Notes under the pieces: model-generated
Database searches by the model: none
What the model was told of the DNA's origin: nothing
What the model saw: only the letters and a program-made list of their open reading frames with translations
Shown: in pieces, positions 12,651 through 23,128 of the stretch
Numbering within the stretch: the first letter of the stretch is position 1
Layout of the letters: each line of letters starts with the position of its first letter
Made by a program: the position numbers and the translations under genes
Source of the DNA: Raillietiella orientalis
Lineage: Eukaryota
DNA length: 47,149 nt
Reading direction: 5' to 3'
Assembly (NCBI GenBank): GCA_036172245.1
Contig: JAYWIR010000068.1
Location: 434,001-481,149, forward strand

Positions 12651-12976
12651 GTAGCTGGTTCGTTAGTTTCTTGGATAGCTCCATATGTCCATGCGTGTTT
12701 GTCTTCTTTTGTGCAGTACCTTAAGTTGCTCCGTGGTGAACCGCGTGCTTTCTCGAGGTGGCACTTCTGGAAAGGTTTGCGCTTCAAGCCAGGCAAAGTG
12801 CGTGGTTCCTTTAGTTGCATGTATCCTTGGAGGTGTGGTGTGCCTGTGCTTGAGGTTTCTTTGCCGATGCATGCGAAGAAGCGGTTGCATCTGCAACATT
12901 CTTTGATATCCTTTAGGTCCTCTTCTGTAAAGTTGCAAAGGGTGATGCACCAGTTAAAAAATAATGCGTAAGGCAT
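12650..12976 (-). pseudogene. rep: CRESS Rep, HUH endonuclease half (rep1)
   Basis: MPYALFFNWCITLCN (motif I), TPHLQGY (motif II), YCTKE (motif III). Confidence 0.93.
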
Positions 12977-13063
12977 TGTGCGTGGTGTTGGTAATTCACT
13001 GTAAGTAAGACTTGGCTTTCGTTGTGTGTTAAAGGTATATATACTGCGTAACTGCGCAGAAAT

Positions 13064-13096
13064 TGCAATCTGGTAAATAGTATTACCCAGATTGCA
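13064..13096 (+). other. CRESS rolling-circle origin stem-loop ori1
   Basis: Stem TGCAATCTGG/CCAGATTGCA with TAGTATTAC at 13078-13086. Confidence 0.95.
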
Positions 13097-13156
13097 TTTC
13101 GCTGACAACGAAAATCCTTGGGAAATTCCTATATGCTGCAATTGATATTTTTAGTA

Positions 13157-13286
13157 GCTGGTTTATGTCCGCAATCGTGGAAGACTTTGGAATGCGGAAC
13201 AGGATGCTGTTGTCCACGTGGGAAGTGCGTGGCGTAACCCGACCTCGTGGAAGGCTGATAAAGTCGGGTGGGCGTGTCCCACCAGC
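13157..13286 (+). promoter_or_regulatory. Conserved multi-hairpin intergenic element, unit 1
   Basis: Closing stem GCTGGT/ACCAGC enclosing TCCGCA/TGCGGA, CCACG/CGTGG and ACCCGAC/GTCGGGT hairpins; repeated in units 2 and 3. Confidence 0.7.
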
Positions 13287-13344
13287 CAGACTGAAAAAGG
13301 GAGGGGGGATGACTTAGGTCGCCAGTACGCTGTCAAGCAGCGGA

Positions 13345-14252
13345 ATGGGATCACCTCGCGCAGCTCGCTCTCGGAAGAGGAAGGGAACAGGATCGTTTTT
13401 CTTGGCGAAGCGTCGTCGTCTGTCTCGTCGAAGAGGGGGATATAGTACGTTCCAGCGTCGTCGGCGTTGGAATGTGCGTCGTAGGCGTGTGAAGCTGTAT
13501 CGTTCACCTCGATATAAGTTGTCTCGTACGACGCGTGTGGTATCTCGGGATTTGATGTCGGGAGCTGTTCATTATAGTTCATTGGGACCGCTGACGGTGA
13601 CCACGTGAATTGTTCTTGGATGTTTACATATGACCAAACTGTCATGTCTGTTGTAGATCGTTTGCGAATAAAAAATTTGGATGTTTTCGCGAAGTTCTAT
13701 CGATATGTTAGGGTGAAGGGATGTGCAATGAAGATCGAGCCTATGTCCCTAGGTTTAACGATAGGAAATATGGGTGAAGAGTTTGGTATGAAGGTTTCGT
13801 ATAGGAATATGCTTCTGTATCAAGCTGCAAACCAAGGCGAATATTTTGGAAATAGTAAAGTAGAGGATATGATATCTGGCCATGGAGAAACTTCTGGTTG
13901 TTTCGCTCGATACTTTGGTGTTCGGGGTATCCGTGTGTATTCGCGAGTGTATTTGAGGAAGTCGGTTCCAAACTACGGAGGGCAATTGTTGCGTTATGTA
14001 CGTTGTCCTTGGATTGACAGTTCGGAAGGAAGAGATTTGGATGCTGAAACGAAAAGTTATGTGCATATGAACCGCGTACATGTGATGAAGCATATGTGCG
14101 GTGTGGACATCCCAGATGAGTCGAAGGAGGCTTGCCAGTCGGGTGTTTGTCCGAAGAACAGGCGTCTGAAAAATGGTTATCCAAAATATAGAATAACTAG
14201 AACGTACTATATCCAATTCAAGCATTTAAAAGATACTGGCTTGTATCAATAA
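13345..14252 (+). pseudogene. cap: CRESS capsid protein (cap1), one frameshift near 13585
   Basis: Arg-rich N-terminus; FYRYVRVKGCAMKIEP typical of circo-like jelly-roll capsids; YYIQFK C-terminus; AATAAA overlaps the stop (14248-14253). Confidence 0.9.
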
Positions 14253-15357
14253 AGAGACAAGTATATTGTTGATGTTGTATTTCATCAAAAAAGGGAGAGG
14301 GGGGTGACAAAGAACTCAATGTGGAATCAGGCGAGTCTCGGGTTTGCACTGCGCTAGGGCTTGAAGTGCAAGCCCAAGGGAGAATGGTTCCTGAATCATC
14401 CATCATCCAGGGAACTAGAGCTGTGTTGTCCGACTTGGAAATATCTCGAACTATCCATCTGTCACTGCTCATCTTATCGTAATTAGGTTCCCAATTGGAG
14501 AATACGAGAATATGGGGTGGCTGGAAATATTTAATGGGTCTTTGATTCTTCGAGTCGAAGATTATTCCGTTTTTAAGTGTCTCGATGGATCCGTATTGTA
14601 CCAACTCTTGGTTGTCTCTTGTGAGGTCAACCACAATGATGCGCTCACCGTTGTATATGTGAGCAGGGTCTGCCTTTTTGCAAGAGTGCATATAAAGGGC
14701 TCCTCTTTTTAGGTAGAGGAATTTCGCCATCGTGGTTTTCCCAATGCCTCCTATGGGATCAATGTATTTTGCGTTGATCTGGTTGGTGACGTATAATGTT
14801 GAGTATGTCCATTTGCCATGATTTCAATTGTAGGTTAGCAAGGGGGTTGGGATGTGCTCTGCTTGTTAGGCGGAAGCTTTCTTTTACGAAGTTAATGTTT
14901 TTTGAATAAAATTTGGTGTGATTCTTGAGGATGAAGTGTTCGTCTGCTCCGTCCTCGATGAGTTGAAGTATCTATGGATATAGGGTTATTTGTGAATTGT
15001 AAAAATGATTTGTGGTTTACCAGGTCTTGGTAGTCGGTTGGTTCGTTGGCGTCGTGGATTCTGCCGGATGTCCAGGCACGTTTGTCTTCTTTTGTGCAGT
15101 ACCGTAAGTTGCTCTGTGGACTGCCTTTTGCTTTTTCTAAATGGCTTTTTTGAAATGGTTTGCGTTTTAATCCTGGCATGGTGCGTGGTTCTTTGAGTTG
15201 AAAGTAGCCCTGGAGATGTGGTGTCCCTGTTTTAGCGTTGTCCTTGCCGATGCAGGCGAAGAGACAGTTGCAGGGCACCAGTCTTTTATTTCTTTGAGAT
15301 CTTCTTAGGTGAAGTTCATAAGGTGAAGCACCAGTTGAAGAATAACGCGTATGGCAT
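14218..15357 (-). pseudogene. rep: CRESS Rep, full length but disrupted (rep2), with putative intron 14972-15020
   Basis: WCFTL, PHLQGY, YCTKE, GGIGKTT, IIVVDLTR, YGSIETLKNG, ILVFSN, SSDRW; stop or frameshifts near 15316, 15280 and 14760. Confidence 0.93.
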
Positions 15358-15432
15358 GGTGAAATTCCCGGTAAGTGAGACTTGGTTTTGGTCGTCCGTG
15401 CGGTGGTATTTATACTGCGTAACTGAGCAGAA

Positions 15433-15467
15433 ATGCAATCTGGTCAAGAGTATTACCCAGATTGCAT
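15433..15467 (+). other. CRESS origin stem-loop ori2
   Basis: Stem ATGCAATCTGG/CCAGATTGCAT with GAGTATTAC at 15448-15456. Confidence 0.93.
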
Positions 15468-15524
15468 GTAGCTGACACGGCAAAACCTTGGAAAATTCCG
15501 TATGTAAAAGTAGATAGTGTGGTT

Positions 15525-15652
15525 GCTGGTCTTTGTCCGCAATCGTGGAAGGCTGAGGAATGCGGAACAAGCTGTGCTTGTCCACGTGATGCTCGTGGGA
15601 AAGATCCGACGTCGTGGAAGGCTGATAAGGTCGGATGGGCGTGCCCACCAGC
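15525..15652 (+). promoter_or_regulatory. Conserved multi-hairpin intergenic element, unit 2
   Basis: GCTGGT/ACCAGC; TCCGCA/TGCGGA; ACAAGC/GCTTGT; CCACG/CGTGG; ATCCGAC/GTCGGAT. Confidence 0.7.
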
Positions 15653-15710
15653 TACTCTTAAAAAGGGAGGGGGGTTAGGTTAGGTCGCCAGTACGCTGTC
15701 AATCAGCGGA

Positions 15711-16460
15711 ATGGCGTCACCTCGCGCTGTTCGTTCTCGAAAACGAAAGCGTGTAGTATCTTCTGCATTCGGAAAGCGACGTCGTTTAGTCCGTGGTCGT
15801 GCTGGTTATAGCACGTCGGCGTCGTTGGAATGTACGTCGTCGTAGATTTCGTCGTTTGCGTGTGTCTTGTGCTAGGTTGTGGAAGACAACGCGTGTTGTA
15901 GTTAGAGATTTTTTGCAAGGGGCTTCTCATTATTCATCGTTACGAACTGCGGACGGAGACGCAGTGAATTGTTCTTGGATGTATACGTATTTGGAGGACG
16001 CTTCAGTTGTGAAAGATTTATTGAAGCTTTGTAATTTAGAAGAGTATGGTCGTTATTATAGATATATGCGTGTCAAAGGTGTATCGGTAAAGATAGAGCC
16101 TATGTCGCTTGGATTGACTATAGGTAACATGGCGGAAGAATTTGGTATGAAGATGTCTTATCGGAATATGCTGTTGTATCAAACTCCAAACCAAGGGGAA
16201 ACTTTCGGTGCATTGTTTGGTATGCCTTATAGTCGTGTGGAGGATGTAATAGGAGGTCATCGGGAAACGTCTGGTTGTTTTGATCGGTATTTTGGTGTTG
16301 GTGGTAGAAGATTTTATTCGAAGGCTTTTATTGCGGAAACTGAATATTTGGAAGGTGGTCGTTTGACTAAGTATAAGCGTTTCCCATGGACTGATGTTTG
16401 GCAGGGTAGTTCTTTGGATTCAGAGACTTCCATTCGTGCTTGGTTTCATAATTTTCAAAC
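15711..16460 (+). pseudogene. cap: CRESS capsid protein (cap2), frameshifted and 3'-truncated
   Basis: MASPRAVRSRKRK..., YYRYMRVKGVSVKIEPMSLGLTIGNM, RFPWTD; ends at Tx1 APE sequence. Confidence 0.9.
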
Positions 16461-16464
16461 ACCA

Positions 16465-16745
16465 CCTGAACGCGTGGGTGAAGAAATGCACCTAGAAGAT
16501 CGAGAGGATCGGAGGGGGACGGTTGTATTGGCAATGCGGAGTTCGCATCACCTGTGGCATCGCGTTTTTTGTGAAGCTAGCAGTCGACGGCGTCGTCAAG
16601 GGCGTACGCTTCGACAAGAACAATTGGGTTGGCCAGCTGATCTTTAGGTGGTTCTATTCGATCGACCTGATCGTCACAAACGTGTATGCACCGGGCGGCA
16701 AGAATGGGTACCATGAGCGTTCGCGACCTCAGGTTGGTGGGGGAG
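16465..16745 (+). mobile_element. Tx1 family B APE fragment
   Basis: TCGIAFFVK...VRFD...SIDLIVTNVYAP, matching 41441-41944 and 45964-46356. Confidence 0.8.
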
Positions 16746-16749
16746 TCCA

Positions 16750-17105
16750 CGTTTTTTGACGGTTTTACTCGCCGCGGTCAGGCTATTATAGCCCTCGAAA
16801 ATCGTGGGTGTTGGCCACAACCCGTGCACAATTCCGAACTTTCAAGTTCATCACTCATCGCAGATCGCGCCATGCCGTTCGTATTGCCGGTTATGTGGAC
16901 CACTACCTACCGGTCCATCGACACCGGATATATCTTGCAGCCGTCCACAATCATCGGGGTGTTGATCAGGCGTTCTTCAAAGGCTATGTCCGTACAGACC
17001 ACGACGCGCTGACCGCGCTGAGGGCAGAGATCTCTAACGTTTATTTCCTGAAGGGCCTGAGCAAATGCGCATGCCGTACGGCCATCGAACAGGGGCCCAC
17101 CTTAT
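16750..17105 (-). mobile_element. Tx1 family B ORF1 fragment
   Basis: Homologous to the minus-strand ORF1 at 25570-26064 (ARAF...VHITGN...ELEKFGIVH). Confidence 0.65.
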
Positions 17106-17124
17106 GTACAAGCCGCACCGCCGA

Positions 17125-17315
17125 TTTCCCAGGAATAATACCTGGGCTCTTCTGTCGCCGTCGGATCCGCGTGGCCTCTTGGAACGTCAATGGGGACAGC
17201 TACTGACAGGATAAAGCCGACACCCTGCGAGTTCGACCTGGCCCTGCTGCATGAGATCCACGTGATAACCGCGGCAGACGTCCAGGAGATCCAGACGTTC
17301 TCGGGGTGTCGGCTG
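17125..17315 (+). mobile_element. Tx1 family B ORF2 N-terminal fragment
   Basis: FPGIIPGLFCRRRIRVASWNVNG...FDLALLHEIHV. Confidence 0.8.
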
Positions 17316-17801
17316 TTTTTCACCCGGGTGCGCCGGGATGTTTATTAATAAACTATCCAGGAACAGAGTTCCGTGTGTAATGACAAAGAAAAAACGAAGC
17401 GAGGGATCCTCGACACAGGTCGGTATACCGAAAGTCCGCAACAGGATGCAGGGGACCACAAATACAGAAATAAAAAATAAAAATAAAAATATGAGGAGGG
17501 TAAGAGACAGGGGTCTTTGGTGCGGCCGTTCCTTTTCTTCAGAAGCGGCTATGGATGCTGGCAATCTCGCTCCTAACGCGCTCTGGTAGGTGGGTCCACT
17601 CGGAAGCCGAAGACATGTTTACGCTGGCTATTGACGAAGGATGGCCACCATCTCAAACTCTCGATGGGCCTTGTCGATGGCGCGGGTGCAACAGACCGTT
17701 GCGATTACAGCTCCTAAAAACATTCCGCCTGGCATGAAGAAGCGGCGCATCAAGTCTCTTGCGGTGTCCCCCTAGTGCTTGGGAGCTGAGACCGCTGGCG
17801 C

Positions 17802-17826
17802 CGTGGTATACGTTTTTATTCTCGAG
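17802..17826 (+). repeat. 25-nt direct repeat of cap3 sequence at the left viral junction
   Basis: CGTGGTATACGTTTTTATTCTCGAG, identical to 19522-19546. Confidence 0.92.
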
Positions 17827-18564
17827 ATCTACTACAATGATGCGTTCTCCGTTGTAAATGTGTGCGGCGTCTGCTTTCTTGCATGAATGCATGTATATAG
17901 CCTTTTTTTTGAGATATAAAAACTTGGCGAAGGTGGTTTTGCCGTTTCCTCCGACTGGATCATAATACCAGTAGATTTTGCGGTTGTCTGGTTCAGATCG
18001 TATTAGTTTAAGTATGTCCATTTGCCAGCTGCGCAATTGTAAGTTTGCCATCGGGTTTGGGTGGTTTCTGCTTCGTGTTAACCTGAAGCATTCTTTAACG
18101 AAGTTGGTGTTTTTGCTGTAAAATTTAGTATGGCTTTGTAGGATATCTAGTTCTGATGCTCCGTTTTGGATTAGTTGTAGTATCTTGGGTAGAATAAAGT
18201 CATTAAGTAATTTAATTTTGCTTACCATGTCTTGGTAGTCGTTTGTTTCTTTTTGTTCTTGTATCATGCCAAATGTCCACGCTTGGTGGTCGTCTTTGGT
18301 GCAGTACCGTAAGTTGCTACGTGGACTGCCTTTTGCCTTTTCCAAGTGTGCCTTTTGGAAAGGTGTTCTTTTTAAACTGGGTAGTGTTCTGGGATCCTTG
18401 AGTTGTATGTAGCCTTGGAGATGCAGCGTCCCTGTGCTTGCGTTTTCTTTCCCGATGACTGCGAAGGTGCAATTTCTCCTGCACCAGTCCTTTATTTCTT
18501 GAAGTTCTTCATCCAAGTAATTGCATAGTGTGAAGCACCAGTATAGGAAGTGGCCGTACGGCAT
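17824..18564 (-). pseudogene. rep: CRESS Rep (rep3), open but truncated after Walker B; putative intron 18184-18225
   Basis: WCFTLCN, LHLQGY, YCTKD, LRSWQ, WYYDPVGGNGKTT, IIVVDL. Confidence 0.95.
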
Positions 18565-18644
18565 TGTTGTGTAGTGAAATTCTGTCGAGGTGAGACTGGT
18601 TTATGCCTCATGTTGTGATGGTTTATATACTGGCAAACTGCGTA

Positions 18645-18684
18645 GTATTTGCAATCCGGTCAGTATTACCCAGGTTGCAAATGC
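18645..18684 (+). other. CRESS origin stem-loop ori3
   Basis: Imperfect stem GTATTTGCAATCCGG/CCAGGTTGCAAATGC with CAGTATTAC at 18661-18669. TATA-like boxes on minus just left of all three oris (about 13036, 15407, 18622). Confidence 0.92.
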
Positions 18685-18740
18685 CTTATTCGGCAAAACG
18701 TTGGAAATTGTGCGTATGTTGCAAGTTTTTTATAAGTGGT

Positions 18741-18876
18741 GTCTGGTTTGTGTCCGCAATCGTGGAAGACTTAGGAATGCGGAACAAGATGTTCTTGTCC
18801 ACGTGTGCATGTCGTGGCATGATCCGACCTCGTGGAAGGCTCAGTTAGTCGGATGGTGCGCACGCACCTACCAGAC
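18741..18876 (+). promoter_or_regulatory. Conserved multi-hairpin intergenic element, unit 3
   Basis: GTCTGGT/ACCAGAC; TCCGCA/TGCGGA; ACAAGA/TCTTGT; CCACG/CGTGG; ATCCGAC/GTCGGAT. Confidence 0.7.
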
Positions 18877-18931
18877 TCGGAGTATACGGAGGAGGGGGCT
18901 CTATGACGTCAGTTGCAGTTGAGTCATCGGC

Positions 18932-19546
18932 ATGGCAGCACGTCGTGCGCGTGGTTCTCGTAAGGCATATCGTGTAAAGTCTAGTACTGTACCTATTAAG
19001 CGTCGTCGAATTGCTCGTACAGGTTATTCGACTTTTAAGAAGAGGCGTCCTGTATATAATCGCAGAAGGCGTAGTAGGTTGGTAGTCCTCGTTGGCGTGT
19101 TGTTAAGGCTACGCGTGTGGTTTTGAGGGATGTTGTGTTGAATGCTGAGCATTATTCGTCGTTGCGTGTAGCAGACGGGGATCATGTGAATTGTTCTTGG
19201 ATGTTTACGTTTTTTGAAAATGCTAGCAGCCTGAAAGAGATGTTGAAGGAATTGAATTTAGAAGAATTTGGTCGTTATTATCGTTATGTCCGTGTGAAAG
19301 GTGTAGCTTTCAAAATAGAGCCATTGTCTTTGGGTTTGACTATAGGAAATATGTCTGAGGAGTTTGGAATGAAGGTGTCATATAGGAATATGTTGTTGTA
19401 TCAGACATTTAATCAGAGTGAATGGTTTCGAAGTCTTGTTGTTCAACCGTATAATGCTGTTGAGAATGTTATAAATGGTCATAATGAAACGAGTGGATGT
19501 TTCACTCGGTATTTTGGTGTACGTGGTATACGTTTTTATTCTCGAG
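18932..19546 (+). pseudogene. cap: CRESS capsid protein (cap3), frameshifted and 3'-truncated
   Basis: MAARRARGSRK..., YYRYVRVKGVAFKIEPLSLGLTIGNM, ends at GIRFYSR. Confidence 0.9.
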
Positions 19547-22500
19547 CTCCAGTCCTTGGAGTCACAGTCCTTGGAGGACACCGCAGTCAAGGAGCAGGTG
19601 CGGGAGCGTTTTAACTTTCCCGCACCGCTTACAGTTCGGGGAGACAAATCCCCCGGAAACACGGTTCGTCCACAGGTTGGAGTGAAAATCCCAATGCACC
19701 AGCAGGATGACGTCCTGTTTCCAAGTTAAAGGGAACACAGAAGTGTTCAAACCAGAGGGAGGGATCACGTTCTTCGGGGGCACACTCAAATGTTCACTCC
19801 ACCGAAGGACTCCTTTCGGGATGATGCGAGGCGTGGCGGCGTCTGTCTGCTCGCAATTCCTCCAGCCGCCTATGGGTCGTTTTGTTCCTGCAATGGTGCA
19901 GGCGACCTCCCATCTCGCCGGCAGGCAGCTGTCCTCTCTTGCCCTGAGTGCTGGAAGCGCGTCGGCGAGGGGCGTGACGGCCAGGCGAGCCCACTTCTGG
20001 CTGTTCCAGACCTCATGTGCTGTGCAGTACGGGGAGAGGTTGGCGCAGCGCAGTTCCAAGAGCGAAACATCCTGCTACTTAGCCCACGCATGCAAACGTT
20101 CAGGCCGCCAGGCTTCAAAGTTGGTTGCGCGGCTAGAAATCCAGTCGTGGGTTGCCAGGAACCGCTAGAGAGGTTTCAAAGGGAAACCACAGCTTTTCGT
20201 GACGCGCTCCGTATGAGGCAGAAGCGACAGAACTCCATCGCTGCCACTAAAGCGCCGCAGGAGCAGGCGCTCGGGAGCACACCACGGAGTGGCGCTCAGG
20301 AACGTTCGAAGATGCATCTGCAGATCGATTCTCTCTAGCGTCCCATTCCGAAGGGAAGCCACCAAGTCTTTGAGGCGGATCCTGGACCCCGCAGGTCCCC
20401 ACAGAGCGTTCCTCAACAGGCTTTGCGCCTGGATTTTGATTCAGGCAGTCAAATGCCTTGCAGATATTGACCGCGAACGCCACGGCACCCGGCGCTTCCT
20501 CAGGTCGAATGCAGCAACGCCTAGCCGCGGGAGCCACAGATGCGCTTACCTGGCTGTCGTGCGCCGCGCACCTCTGCAGCTGGAGCAACGAGCTCGCGAA
20601 GAACATGTTCCTCTCCATGGCCGTCCGGGAACAGAGTAGGTCTGCTCCGGACTTACCACGGATCCTGCGATCCTGCCTAGTCGCCCGATCCAGAGCTTGG
20701 AGAACAACTTGACGTCCGAATTTACCAAGGTGATCGGACGCCAGTTGTTTCATTGGTGCATGTCTCGGCCTTTGCGGAGGCGACGCATCCTTGCTGAACG
20801 GAACGAGTCCGGGAGATTGTCCGTCTCTCGCATAAGCGCAGAAAACCTCAGCACCAGGGGGATGAGTTCCGCAGCGAAGCACTGGTAGAACTCCGCAGGC
20901 AGACCATCCTCACCTGGAGCCTTACGCTTCTTGAGGCACGCTCTGGCGGAAGACACTTCTTCCGCCGTAAAGGGCAAGTCTAGAGTGGCGCGTTGCACCT
21001 CGTCCACCGCAGGGGCATCCGCCCGCAGAAGCAGCTCCGAGAGACTGCGTTCCGTCGGCTCCCTAGCATACAACATGGAGTAGTAGCGCTTTAGGAGGCG
21101 GCGAACTTCGCCCGCGCCCGAGCACTCCAGGCCCTGGTCGTCGAGCAGACGAGCTGCTCCTGACTGCCAGACCTGGCTCTCGGCCTTGGCCTTGTACTCC
21201 GCAAGGTACCGGACGTCCGGGCATCGGGAGAATTGGCGGGCTTACAGAAACGCTCTGCTGTTGGCAACGCCTTCACGGAAGCCATAGGGAAGCACGCACA
21301 AAGGGAACCGGCTGCAGAACTCGGGGACGGATCTTTTCAGAACGTCCTTGTCCACGAGCTCCCAAACGAGCAAGCTCCGGAGATGCAGGCGGAGCTGTTC
21401 CGCAGCCACCGGGTTTCAGAGCCAGTGGGCCGGCATCCGCCAGACGTGCGTTGGAGGGCCTTTGCCAGGCGGGGGTAGCTCAAACTCCAGGCTGTGGTAG
21501 GCAGACAGCTCGGACGGCATGGGACCTCTTCGACCCACCCGACAATGCAGGTGATCGTCGAGGAACAAATGGTCCGGCAAAGCACGCATCGCTGGATCGT
21601 CGGCCAGCAAATTCGAGGCGTGCACGGACTCGCACACCTCGTTCACCAACCGCTTCTCCCGGCGACGGTGTGTCTCTTCCGATAGCGCGTGGACGCGTAA
21701 GTCTTAACGAGGTGAGCCACGTCGTGGTTGCAGTTGCTGAGCCAGCGGTCGCGCAGTCTCTGGAAATACTCGAGTTTCTCGGTGTTTCGCGCGAAATCAC
21801 ACGGCGTGTACATGTTCGTGACGACAAGTTCGATCGATTCGGACCAGTTGAGCCCACACGACCTTCCTCGTCGAAACAAACGTTCCGCACCGCCTCCGCC
21901 ACTCTGCCTCGGACGAGAAACGCGACTCCGCACGTGTGTGCGCAGTCCTGGCGCCAGTGTAGCGTCCCCCCCGCGCGCTCTTCCAGATCCGATGCCTGGC
22001 GTTCGGAGATGCTACCTATCTCCTTCAGCAGCAGCAGATCGAACGCGCGCAAAGCGTTGGTTACCTTCCGCCTTTTGTCAGCGTAGCGCAGCCCGTTGAT
22101 ATTCCAACAGGCCATGCTGACGCGACGAACGAAAGCGGGTCCATGCATTATTGCTTCGGACATGTCGGTGAGCTCCTCGCCCCGTCTCCTCGAGAAATCA
22201 ACTGGCAGCACAGCGGATTGGGAAGCGGAATCGCTCCCTTTCACCGCCACATCGCACCCAGCTGAGTCCTGGGAGCCTAGATTCATCGCCTCGGGCTGGT
22301 ACCGCTTCCGGCAACAGGCTTGTGCTTGCGCAGTTTAGGGTGTCGCGCTTCCGGGTTACCTCGGGGTGCGCGCACGATATGTTTTCAAATCGGACTCCAC
22401 CTCGGAGTTCGTATGTTGAGAACGAGACTGGTGTTTAGCGTGTCTCTTTGTTTTGGCAGGTGGAGGCTTGCCCCGCCCGCGCGGGAGTCGCCGCAGTCGC

Positions 22501-22989
22501 TAACGCAGCTTCTGGAGATTTGGCTTCTGCAGCCGCTCTCTCGCGCGAAGCGACAGAGAGAGAAGACGCAGCCTTAGTTCGTACCTGGATACGCACCTTC
22601 GGCGTGTTGCGTTTCTGTCTCCCACCTACTTCTAGGATGGGGAATATTGAAGGGTAACCTTCCCCTTTGTGGGCGTCCTGGCGATGCGTGTCCAGCCCGC
22701 GTCGGGTACACCCTCTTGGGAGGTCGACGCCTCCCTCAATTGTTTGGCCGGAGATGCCGGCTCGGATTTCGCGCTCGCAACGGGAGACGGCTCCGTACCC
22801 GTTACGCGCTGCACCTGCTCCGCCAGTGCAGGCGAAACGGCGGTCATTGCCGCCGTCGCGCAATGCTTTATTGCAGCCTTCGCTGCCCGTTCCTTCGCTG
22901 TGGACGGCGTGCTCGCCGGGGCCTTAGGTGAAACGGCCGTTGAGAGTCTGTTCCGGGCCTGCCAGCGCGCGGTTTCCCGGGTGTTTCTC

Positions 22990-23127
22990 GTGGAGGCTAC
23001 TTTATCTTAAGTATTGAGAAGTCTGAATTTGGAAGAATTCGCGAAGTATTATGGATATGTGCGAATGAAGGGTTGTGCGACGAAGATAGAGCCGATGTCG
23101 TCAGGATTGACAATAGGTAACGTGGGA
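22990..23127 (+). pseudogene. cap: CRESS capsid fragment (cap4)
   Basis: LRSLNLEEFAKYYGYVRMKGCATKIEPMSSGLTIGNVG. Confidence 0.88.
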
Positions 23128-23128
23128 G

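Larger units (their letters stand above)
17316..22985 (-). mobile_element. Tx1 family B element (ORF1 tail, ORF2, 3' end), interrupted by CRESS unit 3 and lacking the RT core
   Basis: ACWNING (about 22100), KAPGEDGLPAEFY, KAFD joined near 20430 to RNALWG (QGD/YADD region missing), HWDFH...CKRCG...HLLLDC; resumes at 17801; 3' hairpin at 17321-17346. Confidence 0.85.

Noticed and set aside
11510..12976. Single Rep gene split by an insertion
   Set aside because: The central Rep region is missing, there is no TSD, and the helicase half is more divergent from rep2/rep3 than the nuclease half; probably two different viruses, but not proven.
15541..15636. Hammerhead ribozyme (CTGAGGA in a loop)
   Set aside because: CUGANGA occurs in only one of six loops and there is no conserved GAAA core.
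17653..17823. Functional Rep-retrotransposon fusion protein (303-aa ORF)
   Set aside because: The tail after VVDL is antisense cap filler plus out-of-frame Tx1 sequence; motif C and the Arg finger are missing.
13064..18876. CRISPR-like repeat array
   Set aside because: The repeats are viral oris and intergenic elements kilobases apart; no cas genes; the context is eukaryotic.
12650..19546. Retroposition of viral mRNA as the integration route
   Set aside because: The putative introns, oris and both divergent genes are retained in genomic arrangement.
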